64,000 nucleotides of DNA from Microbacteriaceae bacterium (GTDB taxonomy: Bacteria; Actinomycetota; Actinomycetes; Actinomycetales; Microbacteriaceae), in assembly GCA_004297935.1 (NCBI GenBank), contig SCRE01000004.1, positions 28,357-92,356 on the forward strand, read 5' to 3'. Shown in pieces: positions 1 through 10,082 of the stretch (within the stretch, counting starts at the first letter, position 1; each line of letters opens with the position of its first letter). The notes beneath the pieces are model-generated. The model was not told the DNA's origin and searched no databases. It saw only the letters and a program-made list of their open reading frames with translations. The position numbers were made by a program, and so were the translations under genes.

Positions 1-386
1 CGGAGAAGGAACATCTGAAGAACCATCAGGATGCCGTCGCGCAGACCCAGCGCTACCTGGACGATGCCAACCACCAGCTCGCCGAAGCGATCAAGCACAC
101 CGCGCAAGCTCGTGAGGAGGCGGAATCGGTTGAGGCAGATGCCCGCGCAGAGGTCAAGAACGCACGCAAGGACGCGGAGGCGACCGCACAACAGATCGTG
201 CGCAGCGCCGAAGATCGTGCTAAGGCGATCATCGAGGAGGCAGACGAGCGCACCCGGAATCTCGTGTCGGACGCCGAGGAGCGGCTCGCACAGATTAGGA
301 TCGAGCGCGAGGCTGTCGCAGGCTACTTCGAGTCTCTGAGGGGGGTCCTGACTCAGGCAGAGCAGGTCGCTGCGGACAACAGCTGA
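1..386 (+). CDS. 3' part of a coiled-coil (DivIVA/Scy/FilP-like) protein; 5' end lies outside the window
   Basis: Frame open from base 3 (EKEHLKNHQDAVAQTQRYLD...AEQVAADNS*); A/E/R-rich heptad-like sequence. Confidence 0.6.
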   Translation, partial: EKEHLKNHQDAVAQTQRYLDDANHQLAEAIKHTAQAREEAESVEADARAEVKNARKDAEATAQQIVRSAEDRAKAIIEEADERTRNLVSDAEERLAQIRIEREAVAGYFESLRGVLTQAEQVAADNS

Positions 387-406
387 CGATGAAGCGGGGA
401 TAACCG

Positions 407-1447
407 ATGAAGATCCAGAATGCGTTCCGCGTCGGCTTGATCGGAACGCTGGGGGTCGGTCTCGGCATGTTCATCCTCGTGTCGATCGTGAGCCTGTCCA
501 CGGTGCTGACCTACATCGGCGCCGCACTGTTCCTCGCGCTCGGACTGGAACCGGTCGTCGGCTTCGTCGAACGCAGGAAGGTGCCACGCTGGGCCGCCCT
601 GCTGATCGTCGTCGTCGTGCTGATCGGCCTGCTGTCACTTCTGGTCTGGGCGATCGTCCCGATCATCGTCGACCAGTCGACCCAGCTGGTCAAGCAGGTC
701 ACCCGTTTCGTGCAAACCGGCACCTACCAGACCTGGTATCACGATCTCCAGCGCCAGTTCCCGGCCGTCAATTTCGATAGCGCCTTGCAGCAGGCCTGGT
801 CCTACATCCAGAAGAACGTCGGCGGGATCACCGGTGGCATTCTGCAGGCCGGGATCGGGATCATCAGTGGATTCTTCGGCGCCGTGGTCGTGCTCATCCT
901 GACGCTCTACTTCACCGCATCGCTCAACAACATCAAGCGCGCAACATATCAACTGGTTCCGGCATCGAAGCGGGCTCGGTTCTCCGATCTGGCAGAGCAG
1001 ATCTCGGAGTCGGTCGGCAAATACGTCATGGGCCAGGTCACCCTCGCCCTGTGCAATGGTGTGCTGAGCGCGATCTTCCTGACGATCATCGGCGCGCCGT
1101 TCCCGCTGCTGCTCGCGGTGATCGCGTTCTTGTTCTCGCTGATCCCACTGGTGGGAACGCTCAGCGGCTCGGTGGTCATCGTGCTGCTGTCGCTGCTGCT
1201 CGCGTCGCCTCTGACGGCTCTGGTGGCCGCGATCTGGTATGTCATCTATATGCAGATCGAGGCATATGTGCTCAGCCCGAACATCATGAACCGTGCGGTC
1301 GCCGTGCCGGGTGCCGTCGTCGTGATTGCGGCGTTGGCCGGCGGTTCACTGCTCGGCATACTTGGCGCCCTGATCGCGATCCCGGTTGCCGCCTCGATCA
1401 TGCTCATCATCAAGCAGGTCGTTATCCCGCACCAGAACGAGCTGTAG
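407..1447 (+). CDS. AI-2E (PerM) family transporter
   Basis: Multi-TM protein with FLFSLIPLVG, YMQIEAYVLSPNIM and GALIAIP motifs. Confidence 0.9.
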   Translation: MKIQNAFRVGLIGTLGVGLGMFILVSIVSLSTVLTYIGAALFLALGLEPVVGFVERRKVPRWAALLIVVVVLIGLLSLLVWAIVPIIVDQSTQLVKQVTRFVQTGTYQTWYHDLQRQFPAVNFDSALQQAWSYIQKNVGGITGGILQAGIGIISGFFGAVVVLILTLYFTASLNNIKRATYQLVPASKRARFSDLAEQISESVGKYVMGQVTLALCNGVLSAIFLTIIGAPFPLLLAVIAFLFSLIPLVGTLSGSVVIVLLSLLLASPLTALVAAIWYVIYMQIEAYVLSPNIMNRAVAVPGAVVVIAALAGGSLLGILGALIAIPVAASIMLIIKQVVIPHQNEL

Positions 1448-1470
1448 CGCCCGACAGCCGGTCTGTGCCG

Positions 1471-2250
1471 TCAGGCCGCCGGCCACCGCGTCGGCAACGG
1501 CAGTGCTGCAGGATTGACGACGTTCACGATTTCGGTCAGAACACGGCGGGTGAGGTTCTCCCCGACCCAGAGATGCTTGCCGCCGTCGACGGCGATCACG
1601 CGGGCGAGCGGCGCGGCCGCAAAGCGACGGCGAGCCTCTTCAGGCTGCAGATAGGTGTCGTGCTCCGGAATCAGCGCAACGAGCGGACGGGTATCCCCCG
1701 CCCACGCGGCCAGCTCTCCGTCGGTGGTCCTGTGCAACGGCGGCGACAGCAGAATGGCCCCGTCGATCGGATGCTCTCTGCCGTATTTCAGTGCGATCTC
1801 TGTGCCGAACGACCATCCGAGAAGCCACGGGTGTGGCAACCCGCGCTCGCGGACGAATGCCATGGCCGCTGCGAGGTCGAAGCGCTCCGCCACGCCGCCG
1901 TCGAAGCTGCCATCACTTGTGCCGCGCGGCGAATGCGTTCCGCGCGTGTTGAAGCGCAGTACGGCGAGATCGGCCAGCGCGGGCAGCCGCGCGGCCGCCT
2001 TCCGCAGGATGTGCGAATCCATGAACCCGCCCGCGGTGGGCAGCGGATGCAGCGTCACAAGCGTCGCGATCGGCGCGCCCTCGAGCGGGAGGGCGAGTTC
2101 GCCGACCAGCGTCAACCCGTCTTCCGTGCGCAGGTCGATGTCTTCACGCCGTGCCGGCAGCTCGATCCCGCCGCGGATCTCCACCGGCTGTTGCGACGTC
2201 GGCTGCTGCGACGTCGGCTGCTGCGCCACCGACTGTTGTGTTCCGGTCAT
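1471..2250 (-). CDS. Alpha/beta hydrolase
   Basis: LHPLPTAGGFMDS, RFNTRG, nucleophile elbow GWSFG, GGKHLW; start placed at MTGTQQ (2250). Confidence 0.85.
   Translation of the reverse strand: MTGTQQSVAQQPTSQQPTSQQPVEIRGGIELPARREDIDLRTEDGLTLVGELALPLEGAPIATLVTLHPLPTAGGFMDSHILRKAAARLPALADLAVLRFNTRGTHSPRGTSDGSFDGGVAERFDLAAAMAFVRERGLPHPWLLGWSFGTEIALKYGREHPIDGAILLSPPLHRTTDGELAAWAGDTRPLVALIPEHDTYLQPEEARRRFAAAPLARVIAVDGGKHLWVGENLTRRVLTEIVNVVNPAALPLPTRWPAA
2185..2225 (-). repeat. In-frame 15-bp tandem repeat (about 2.7 copies) encoding SQQPT units
   Basis: cggctg(t/c)tgcgacgt at 2185-2199 and 2200-2214, partial copy 2215-2225. Confidence 0.9.
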
Positions 2251-2255
2251 CGCGG

Positions 2256-2573
2256 TCAGCTCACCTTCCAGCAGTGCGTATGCCAATGTCGACGCGCCGC
2301 GATGTCCGAGACGTCGCCGAGCACGCCATCCGCGCGCCAGGCGACCAGGTGAGCCATGCCGGGCTCGATCTCCGATTCGCAGCCGGGGCAGACGTAGGTC
2401 TTGACCGCCTGGACGGAGGAGACCGGTTGCACGTTCCACGCGAAGCCGCGCCGATGCTCGGTGCGGCGCCAGCCGGACATGAGATGGTTCAGCGACAACT
2501 CGTCTTCGTCAGCCTGGGACGTCTTGCGCCCCGGAGAGGGTTTGCGACCGCGGGGTCGGTTGCTGCGCGGCAT
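2256..2573 (-). CDS. Small conserved actinobacterial protein with CPGC and HWHxxCW motifs (often annotated ATP/GTP-binding protein); possible metal finger
   Basis: MPRSNRPR...KTYVCPGC...RRHWHTHCW; TAGACT -10 hexamer 6 nt before the ATG. Confidence 0.8.
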   Translation of the reverse strand: MPRSNRPRGRKPSPGRKTSQADEDELSLNHLMSGWRRTEHRRGFAWNVQPVSSVQAVKTYVCPGCESEIEPGMAHLVAWRADGVLGDVSDIAARRHWHTHCWKVS

Positions 2574-2646
2574 GAGACCAGTCTAGAAGGTCATACTCGA
2601 CCCACGAGCGCGCTCAGGGTCTCCGGCGCGCGTATCAGCCTCCAGT

Positions 2647-2684
2647 ATCGGCTGGTCTAGTACCAGCCGATCTAGTACCAGCCG
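2647..2684 (-). terminator. 10-bp-stem hairpin plus a 14-bp tandem duplication of the upstream gene's 3' end
   Basis: atcggctggt-ctagt-accagccgat (2647-2671); tctagtaccagccg at 2656-2669 and 2671-2684; no U-tract. Confidence 0.55.
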
Positions 2685-3445
2685 GTCGACTGGGAGTGCG
2701 CCCATGCGCCACACGGCGTTCCGTATCGGCCGATCACATACCCCAGGCCCCAGTTGACCTGGGTTTCGGCGTTCGTCTGCCAGTTGGGGCCCGCCGAGGC
2801 CATCTTGCTACCAGGAAGTGCTTGCGGAATGCCGTAAGCGCCGCTCCCTGCGTTGTAGGCGTACACATTCCAACCCGACTCGCGATTCCAGAGCGCGACC
2901 AGGCAGTTGAATTGGTCTGCGCCCATGCCGCGCGCCTGCAACGCCGTCAGTGCGTACGCCTGCGCGCTTCCAGGGTTCGGCGTGCCGACGGCCGGCGCAC
3001 CACCGCGACTCGACGACCCGGCGGGGGCCACGACGACCGGCGGAGGCTTCGGCTTTTCCTTCACCGTGTATGCCTCACGGGTCACCGTGTTCGCGTAGCC
3101 GCTGGAAACGGCAAGGTCCTGGATCGGCTGCCCCTCGAAGCGGTCGCTGTGGCCGATGGCGAAGTCGGGAGATGCAGTCGCCCCAGAATACGGGTCGACG
3201 ATATTCACCAGCAGAAAACCGATCGCCGCCAAGAAGGCGAGGCTGACGAAGAACGGACGCGACCGTTTGCGACGTTCCGCAGGGATGGGGCGGCCGCCGT
3301 GCGGCTGCTCTGGCACCGGCGCCTGTTCCCGCGACCGATCCGCCGTTGCAGAGGCTACGTGGGAGTGGGGTCCCCGGCGCACGGCCCTGCCCGGTTTCAC
3401 CGATCCAAGGGGCGTCGTCGTTCCTTGATGCCTACCCACGATCAC
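2672..3445 (-). CDS. Exported lytic transglycosylase-like protein (SLT / aggregation-promoting-factor-like C-terminus)
   Basis: One TM segment, LWNRESGWN, AYGIPQALP, YVIGRYGTPCGAWAH...GWY; start uncertain. Confidence 0.85.
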   Translation of the reverse strand: MIVGRHQGTTTPLGSVKPGRAVRRGPHSHVASATADRSREQAPVPEQPHGGRPIPAERRKRSRPFFVSLAFLAAIGFLLVNIVDPYSGATASPDFAIGHSDRFEGQPIQDLAVSSGYANTVTREAYTVKEKPKPPPVVVAPAGSSSRGGAPAVGTPNPGSAQAYALTALQARGMGADQFNCLVALWNRESGWNVYAYNAGSGAYGIPQALPGSKMASAGPNWQTNAETQVNWGLGYVIGRYGTPCGAWAHSQSTGWY

Positions 3446-3493
3446 AAAACCATAACGAAGATTGCGGCATCATGCCAACCCGGACTCACAAAC

Positions 3494-4042
3494 TCAGCGA
3501 ACAGCCAGCATCACGTCCGTCACGCTGTCCAGGAACAGATCGACCTGGATCTCGCGGTAGCCACCCCGTTTCGGCCGGAAGACGGCAGTGCGCACCTCAT
3601 CGACGCTCATCGGTTTGCCGTCCCGAAAATAGCGCAGCAGGCGCTTCGCAAACCGGTCGACATCCGCTCGGTTGTAGCCCTGCGAGAGAAAGCTCGTCCG
3701 GGCGAAACGCCGCCCTTGTTCGCGGCCGAGCCGGTTGATGATCACCTGCGCCGTCGCCCGCGCGTCATCGAGCAGCTGCTGCCGCTGCGCACCTGTCAGC
3801 GCGCGCTCGCGTTCGCGGGCGGCAAAGGCGTCCTCGAGCCGTTCCAGGGCCGCGTCGACCAGCTCCGTGACGTAGCCGCCCCTGTGCATCGAGAACGCGG
3901 TGTGCCGGATCTCCTCCGCGGTCAGCGGCGCGCCATCCGGGTCGCTGCCGTCGTATGCGACGCGGGCACGCCGAAGGAACGCGTCGACCTCCGCGATCTT
4001 GTAGCCGCGCTTGGATTTTCGGGCCGTGGGGAAGGTGCTCAC
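3494..4042 (-). CDS. DivIVA domain-containing protein (tandem DivIVA-type motifs)
   Basis: RGYKIAEVDAFL, GGYVTELVDAALERL, GYNRADVDRF, GGYREIQVDLFLD. Confidence 0.85.
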   Translation of the reverse strand: MSTFPTARKSKRGYKIAEVDAFLRRARVAYDGSDPDGAPLTAEEIRHTAFSMHRGGYVTELVDAALERLEDAFAARERERALTGAQRQQLLDDARATAQVIINRLGREQGRRFARTSFLSQGYNRADVDRFAKRLLRYFRDGKPMSVDEVRTAVFRPKRGGYREIQVDLFLDSVTDVMLAVR

Positions 4043-4063
4043 CGCCCTATTGTGCCAAATCCG

Positions 4064-5056
4064 CTAGCCGAATATCTGGAACAACGCGTAGGCTGCGACC
4101 GCCGAGGGCAGAATCGAGTCGAGCCGATCCAGGAAACCACCGTGCCCCGGCAGCCAGGAGCTCATGTCTTTCACGCCGATGTCTCGCTTGATCAGCGACT
4201 CTGCAAGATCGCCGAGAGTCGCCGTCAAAAGGATGACCACACCGAAGATGACGCCGAACCAGACCGGTTGGTGCACCATGAACACCGCGAGCAGGATGCC
4301 GGCGATCACACTCGTCACGGCAGCACCCGCAAAACCCTCCCAGGTCTTCTTCGGACTGATCGACGGCGCCATCGGATGCTTGCCGAACAACAGGCCGCTG
4401 GCATAGGCACCGGTGTCCGTCGCGACGACCAGCACGATGAACGCGAGCGTCCACCATTGACCGCCGTCCTTCTCCAACAGCAGCACAGAGAAGCTCGCCA
4501 GCAGCGCGGCATACAGCTGCACGAGAGCGATCGCGCCGAGATCTCTGCCGAGTGCGCGCCAGCCGCGGCGATGGTCGGGTGCCAGTGCCATGCCGAGGCG
4601 CCATACCCAGCACAGCACGAGTCCGGCACCGAGCGCGATCAGCTGACCGGTCTCCTGCCCGTAGTAGGCCGCCGGAATGATCGCGACGGCCGCGAGGACC
4701 GCCGGGGTCCGCGGCAGCAGGTAGCCCGCGCCGCGCAGTGCGTGAGTCAACTCGAATGCGCCGAACGCCGCGCACGCCGCGGCGACGACCATGAAGATCT
4801 CCTTGACGAAGATCAGGCTGATCAGCAGCACGGCGCCGAATGCGAGGCCGATCAAGATCGCCAGAATCAGATTGCGGCCGGTGCGGGCTTGGATGCGCTC
4901 ATTCGTCGCATCGAGTTGCGCCTTCGTCGCCTGCATCTGGCGCTCGATGTCCGCGCGGGTCGACTTCACCTGTGCCCGAAACTCGGCGTGCGACAGGTGC
5001 CCGGTTCCCGTAGGCGCCGCGGGCCTGTCCGGATCCTTCGACGGATCGTTCGCCAT
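4064..5056 (-). CDS. cdsA: Phosphatidate cytidylyltransferase
   Basis: DTGAY, ISPKKTWEG, GDLAESLIKR, PGHGGFLDRLDS; follows frr. Confidence 0.97.
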   Translation of the reverse strand: MANDPSKDPDRPAAPTGTGHLSHAEFRAQVKSTRADIERQMQATKAQLDATNERIQARTGRNLILAILIGLAFGAVLLISLIFVKEIFMVVAAACAAFGAFELTHALRGAGYLLPRTPAVLAAVAIIPAAYYGQETGQLIALGAGLVLCWVWRLGMALAPDHRRGWRALGRDLGAIALVQLYAALLASFSVLLLEKDGGQWWTLAFIVLVVATDTGAYASGLLFGKHPMAPSISPKKTWEGFAGAAVTSVIAGILLAVFMVHQPVWFGVIFGVVILLTATLGDLAESLIKRDIGVKDMSSWLPGHGGFLDRLDSILPSAVAAYALFQIFG

Positions 5057-5061
5057 GGCTG

Positions 5062-5616
5062 CTATACCTCGAGCAGTTCTGCTTCCTTGCGCACGAGTGC
5101 CTCGTCGATGGCATCCACGTGGCGCTTGGTGACCTGTTCCAGCTCCTTCTCGCCGCGCGCCACCTCGTCGTCCCCGATCTCGGATTTCAGTGCGTCGAGC
5201 TCATCCTTGGCCTTGCGGCGAACGTTGCGCACCGATACCTTGGCGTCCTCCGCCTTGCTGCGCACGATCTTCACATATTCGCGACGACGCTCCTCTGTGA
5301 GCTCCGGCATCGTCACCCGGATGATCGTGCCGTCGTTGTTCGGGTTCGCCCCGAGGTTCGGGGTCGCCACGATCGCCTTCTCGATCTCCTTCAGCGCCGT
5401 CTTGTCGTACGGTGTGATGACCAGCATCCGCGCTTCGGGATTCTGCATGGACGCAAGCTGCCCGAGCGGCGTCGGCGACCCGTAGTAGTCGACCAGGATC
5501 TTCTGGAACAACTGCGGATTGGCACGGCCGGTTCGCACGGTCGCGAAGTCGTCTTTGGCCACCTCGACGGCTTTGCCCATGCGCTCGGCCGCTGCCGAAA
5601 GTACGTCCGCGATCAC
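5062..5616 (-). CDS. frr: Ribosome recycling factor
   Basis: [27 protein letters not shown]; GTG start after AGGAG. Confidence 0.98.
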   Translation of the reverse strand: MIADVLSAAAERMGKAVEVAKDDFATVRTGRANPQLFQKILVDYYGSPTPLGQLASMQNPEARMLVITPYDKTALKEIEKAIVATPNLGANPNNDGTIIRVTMPELTEERRREYVKIVRSKAEDAKVSVRNVRRKAKDELDALKSEIGDDEVARGEKELEQVTKRHVDAIDEALVRKEAELLEV

Positions 5617-5649
5617 GGTCACTCCTTTGAAGAATCGATTGGGTCCAGC

Positions 5650-6366
5650 TTAGTTGGAGACCAACGTGCCGAGCGCCTTGCCGAGAATGGCGGCGGTCAC
5701 GTTGCCCGCCGGCTGCATCCCGAACACCTGCATCGGCATCCCGTTGTCCATGCAGAGGCTGAACGCTGTCGAGTCGACGACCTTGAGACCCTTCTGCAGG
5801 GCATTCTGATAGGTGATGCGCTCGATCTTCACGGCATCCGGATTCGTCCGCGGGTCGTCGCTGTACACGCCGTCCACGCCGTTCTTCGCGACCAATACGA
5901 CGTCCGCGTCGATCTCCAGCGCGCGTTGTGCCGCGACGGTGTCCGTCGAGAAGTACGGCAGCCCCGCACCCGCACCGAAGATGACGACGCGCCCCTTCTC
6001 GAGGTGGCGCTCCGCACGACGAGGGATATACGGTTCGGCGACCTGGGTCATCGCGATGGCGGACTGCACGCGAGTGGCGGCGCCGGCCTGTTCCAGGAAA
6101 TCCTGCAGCGCCAACGCGTTCATCACGGTTCCCAGCATGCCCATGTAATCGGCCCGTCCGCGATCCATGCCGCGCTGACTGAGCTCCGCGCCGCGGAAGA
6201 AGTTGCCTCCGCCGACGACGATCGCCACCTCGACGTCCTCTGCCGCCCGCGCGATCTCCCGGGCGAGAGCGCTGACGACATCCGGATTCACGCCGAGCAG
6301 GCCGCCTCCGAACGCCTCCCCGGAGAGCTTGAGAAGGACTCGGCGCCTCTTCGGTAGTTCCGTCAT
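5650..6366 (-). CDS. pyrH: UMP kinase
   Basis: [33 protein letters not shown]. Confidence 0.98.
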   Translation of the reverse strand: MTELPKRRRVLLKLSGEAFGGGLLGVNPDVVSALAREIARAAEDVEVAIVVGGGNFFRGAELSQRGMDRGRADYMGMLGTVMNALALQDFLEQAGAATRVQSAIAMTQVAEPYIPRRAERHLEKGRVVIFGAGAGLPYFSTDTVAAQRALEIDADVVLVAKNGVDGVYSDDPRTNPDAVKIERITYQNALQKGLKVVDSTAFSLCMDNGMPMQVFGMQPAGNVTAAILGKALGTLVSN

Positions 6367-6420
6367 GTCTGCGTGCATCCTTCCCGTTGGATCTGCTTAA
6401 AACTACCGGGTGCGGAGACG

Positions 6421-6455
6421 AAAGGGGCCCGGATCGGCGTGATCCGAGCCCCTTT
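6421..6455 (-). terminator. Intrinsic terminator hairpin downstream of tsf
   Basis: aaaggggc-c-cggatc / gatccg-a-gccccttt stem, followed by UUUCGUCU on the minus strand. Confidence 0.75.
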
Positions 6456-6466
6456 CTCGCCTCGCG

Positions 6467-7306
6467 TCAGGCGCCGACCTTGAATCGGACGAAACCGGTC
6501 ACCGTCAAACCCGCGTCGGCCAGGACGGTGCCGACGGCGAGCTTGTTGTCCTTCGCGTAGTCCTGCTCCAACAGCGCGACCTGCTTGAAGTACGCGTGCA
6601 GACGGCCCTCGATGATCTTCGGCAGCGCAGCCTCGGGCTTGCCCTCGTTACGCGAGATCTCCTCGACGATGCGACGCTCGTTCTCGACGGCATCCGCCGG
6701 GACGTCTTCGCGGGCGAGATACTCGGGGTTGGCGAACGAGATGTGCTGCGCGATGCTGCGAGCGGTCTCGACGTCCGATCCGCTGTAGCCGACGATGACG
6801 CCGACCTGTGGCGGCAAGTCCTTCGATGTCTTGTGCAGATAGATCGCGAAGTGCTCGCCGGAGACAACCGCGACGCGGCGAAGTTCGATCTTCTCACCGA
6901 GGATCGCGGCCTCGCCGTCGATCAACTCGGCGACCGTGCCCGCCCCTGTCGGCGTGGACACGGGCGCGGCCAATGCCGCTTCCACACTGGTCGCGCCGGC
7001 GGCGGACACCGCGTTCAGCACCGCGTCGGCGAGCGCGATGAACTTCTCACCCTTCGCGACGAAGTCGGTCTCACAGGCCAGCTCGATCAGCGTCGCTGTG
7101 TTGCCATTCTCCTTGGCCGCTACCAGCCCCTCACTGGTGGAGCGATCGGCGCGCTTCGCGTTGCCCTTCGCTCCCTTCAGGCGAAGAATCTCCGTCGCCT
7201 TCTCAAGATCGCCCTCCGCCTCGACGAGCGCGTTCTTGGTGTCGACCATTCCCGTGCCGAGCTGCTCGCGCAGCGTCTTGACATCGGCAACGCTGAAATT
7301 TGCCAT
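6467..7306 (-). CDS. tsf: Elongation factor Ts
   Basis: VKTLREQLGTGMVDTKNAL, ELACETDFVAK. Confidence 0.98.
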   Translation of the reverse strand: MANFSVADVKTLREQLGTGMVDTKNALVEAEGDLEKATEILRLKGAKGNAKRADRSTSEGLVAAKENGNTATLIELACETDFVAKGEKFIALADAVLNAVSAAGATSVEAALAAPVSTPTGAGTVAELIDGEAAILGEKIELRRVAVVSGEHFAIYLHKTSKDLPPQVGVIVGYSGSDVETARSIAQHISFANPEYLAREDVPADAVENERRIVEEISRNEGKPEAALPKIIEGRLHAYFKQVALLEQDYAKDNKLAVGTVLADAGLTVTGFVRFKVGA

Positions 7307-7338
7307 TGCTTGTGAACTCCTTGAATTGAAGAAAACGT

Positions 7339-8307
7339 CTATTCGGACTCGACGGCGGTTTCGGTGGCCTTCTCATCTGCCGCGGCCTCGACTGCTGAGG
7401 TCTCGTCAGCCTCGGTCTCCGCGTCGGCGCTCGCCGCTTCGACCTCCTCCGGGGTGGCGACCTCGACCGTCGCCGCCTCCTTCTTGGCCTCATCGAGGTT
7501 CGCGACCTTGTCGGTGTCGGCGCTGGACTGCGTCGGAGTGTCGCTCTGAGTTGCCTGCAACAGCTCGCGCTCCCACTCGGCGAGCGGCTCGGCCTGCTCT
7601 TCGCCCTCTTCCGGCTTCTGGTGACGCTGGATCAGGCCCTCGGCCGCCGCATCCGCGACGATCCGCGTCAGCAGGCTGACCGACCGTATGGCGTCGTCGT
7701 TGCCCGGAATCGGGTACTGCACCTCATCGGGGTCGCAGTTCGTGTCGAGGATACCGATGACCGGGATGCCCAGCTTCTTGGCCTCGTCGATCGCCAGGTG
7801 CTCCTTCTTGGTGTCGACCACCCAGAGCGCGCTTGGCGTCTTGGTCAGGTTGCGGATGCCGCCCAGCGACTTGTGCAGCTTGTCCAGCTCGCGCTTCTTG
7901 ATCAGCAGCTCTTTCTTAGTGAAGCCGCTCGTCGTGCCTTCGTAGTCGAGCTCCTCGAGCTCCTTCATGCGCGCCAGACGCTTGGAGACGGTCTGGAAGT
8001 TGGTCAACAGACCCCCCAGCCAGCGCTGGTTGACGTAGGGCTGGCCGACGCGGGTCGCCTGCTCAGAGATCGCGTTCTGCGCCTGTTTCTTGGTACCGAC
8101 GAAAAGGATCGTTCCGCCGTGGGCGACGGTCTCCTTGACGAAGTCATAGGTCTTGTCGATGTAGGTGAGCGACTGCTGCAGGTCGATGATGTAGCTGCCG
8201 CTGCGCTCGGTGAGGATGAAGCGCTTCATTTTCGGGTTCCAGCGGCGGGTCTGGTGCCCGAAGTGGACGCCGCTGTCGAGCAGCTGGCGCATTGTGACGA
8301 CGGCCAT
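7339..8307 (-). CDS. rpsB: 30S ribosomal protein S2
   Basis: [27 protein letters not shown]; acidic C-terminal tail. Confidence 0.99.
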   Translation of the reverse strand: MAVVTMRQLLDSGVHFGHQTRRWNPKMKRFILTERSGSYIIDLQQSLTYIDKTYDFVKETVAHGGTILFVGTKKQAQNAISEQATRVGQPYVNQRWLGGLLTNFQTVSKRLARMKELEELDYEGTTSGFTKKELLIKKRELDKLHKSLGGIRNLTKTPSALWVVDTKKEHLAIDEAKKLGIPVIGILDTNCDPDEVQYPIPGNDDAIRSVSLLTRIVADAAAEGLIQRHQKPEEGEEQAEPLAEWERELLQATQSDTPTQSSADTDKVANLDEAKKEAATVEVATPEEVEAASADAETEADETSAVEAAADEKATETAVESE

Positions 8308-8540
8308 GGCCGTTCTCCTTGTCTTGACAGCGCACAGCGCACGGCTGCAACGATGTCATTCGGTTTTCTGTGCGGATCGGTCGATCCCACTCCTGGTGCC
8401 CGACAGGCATCCGCCCCGATGTTCATGAACACATATTCATCGGGGACCGGTGGATGCGACTGCTCTAGCTGTCACGCGGTGATCAGCATCGGGGGCACGC
8501 GTAGTCACCCCGACTGGCGAGGTGCAAGAAGAATCATAAC
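8308..8540 (-). promoter_or_regulatory. rpsB promoter (-10 TATGAT) and roughly 220-nt structured 5' leader
   Basis: atcata at 8533-8538 reads TATGAT on the minus strand; hairpin ccccgatg...catcgggg near 8414-8445. Confidence 0.45.
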
Positions 8541-8556
8541 ATCTGCGACGCCGCGA

Positions 8557-10031
8557 TCAGCTCGCGCCCGTGTGCTCCTTGTGGACATGGCTGAGCTTGC
8601 CTTTGTCTTCCAGCTCCAGCCCGGTGACCTCGGGCAGGAGCGTGCCGACGAACCAGAACGACAGCGCCGCGAAGAACGCGAACCCGGCATAGACGTACCC
8701 GAGCCCGACCGCTGCGCTCAGGATCGGGAACAGCAGGGTGACGAGGAAGTTGAAGATCCAGTTGAACGCCGCCGCGATGCCGAGGCCCAGACCACGGATC
8801 TTGTTCGGGAAGACCTCGCCGAGCACGACCCACATGACCGGCCCCCAGGTGGCCGCGAAGAAGATCACAAACAGGTTCGCGCCGATCAACGCGATCGGAC
8901 CCCATGGCGCGCCCAGGCGGATGTCTGCGCCGGAACCGGTTGCATTCGCGAACGAGACGGCCGCCGCCAGCAGCCCGACGAACATGCCGGCAGAGCCGAT
9001 GAGCAGCAGCTTCTTACGCCCCACCCTGTCGACGAAGAAGATCGCCACAAATGTCAGGACGACGTTGATCACCGAGGTGATCACCGAAGTGACGAACGAG
9101 TCGCCCTTGCTGAATCCGACGGAACTCCACAGCGTCGTCGAATAGTAGAAGATCGCATTGATGCCGACGAGCTGCTGGAACGCGGCCATCCCGATGCCGA
9201 TCCAGAGGATCGGTTGGAGCCCCCAGGCTGTGCCGCGCAGGTCGCGGTAACTGGCGCGCCGCTGCGTTTCGAGGCTGTCCCTGATTTCGTCCAGTCGACT
9301 CTCCGGGTGCGGCGCGCCGGTGACATCCCGCACGACGGTGAGTGCTTGCTCGCTTTTACCCTTGCGGATGAGGAACTGGGCGACTCGGGGATGCTCAGCG
9401 CGAGGACTCCGTAGACGGCGGCCGGGATGACGCCGACCAGCAGCATCCAGCGCCAGGCGGGCACGCCGAACCAGAGCCCGCGCATCGCGTCGCCCGCCGG
9501 CCCGGCGAGTGCGGCGTCGGACAGCAACGCGAGGAAGATGCCGAGCGTGATCGCCAATTGCTGCAGAGAGCTCAAGGCTCCGCGCATCTTCGCCGGGGCG
9601 ATCTCGCCGATGTAAGCGGGGGCGATAACGGATGCGATGCCGATGGCGAGACCGCCGATCAGCCGCCACGCGCTGAGCTCCCAATCGGAGAACGCAAGTC
9701 CCGATCCGATCGAACTCGCGACGAAGAGGATCGCCGCCAGCACCATGACGGGCTTGCGGCCGAACGCATCGGCAAGCTGGCCGGCGAACCAGGCGCCGAC
9801 GGCACAGCCGAGCAGAGTGATGGCGACCGTGAACCCGATCGCCGCCGATCCGAGAGTGAAGGTGTGCTGAATCGAATCCACCGCGCCGTTGATCACCGAG
9901 GTGTCGAACCCGAACAGCAGACCACCGAGAGCCGCTGCCAGAGTGACGCCGATGACCTTGCCGCGACGCGGCCGCCCTGCGTTCGAGCCGCTGGCGCGTG
10001 CTCCCCTGCCATGCGTCTGAAAGTCGGACAT
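8557..10031 (-). pseudogene. Sugar porter family MFS transporter split by a single-base frameshift (real pseudogene or sequencing error)
   Basis: N-half GGLLFGFDTSVING...LSIPESP (ORF 9081-10058) continues as QFLIRKG...VVFPNKIRG-type C-half (ORF 8557-9684); one extra G in the run at 9378-9380 restores PESPQFLIRK. Confidence 0.9.
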
Positions 10032-10082
10032 TCGCCCCCCGTTGCGCGTGTTTGTCACGCTACACCGCGGCCGCGTCCGCTG

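Noticed and set aside
2696-5485. 929-aa plus-strand ORF, and similar long ORFs at 7621-9414, 25258-28086, 30391-32670 and 46622-48466
   Set aside because: Antisense shadows of well-supported genes in high-GC DNA; R/A/P-rich with no motifs
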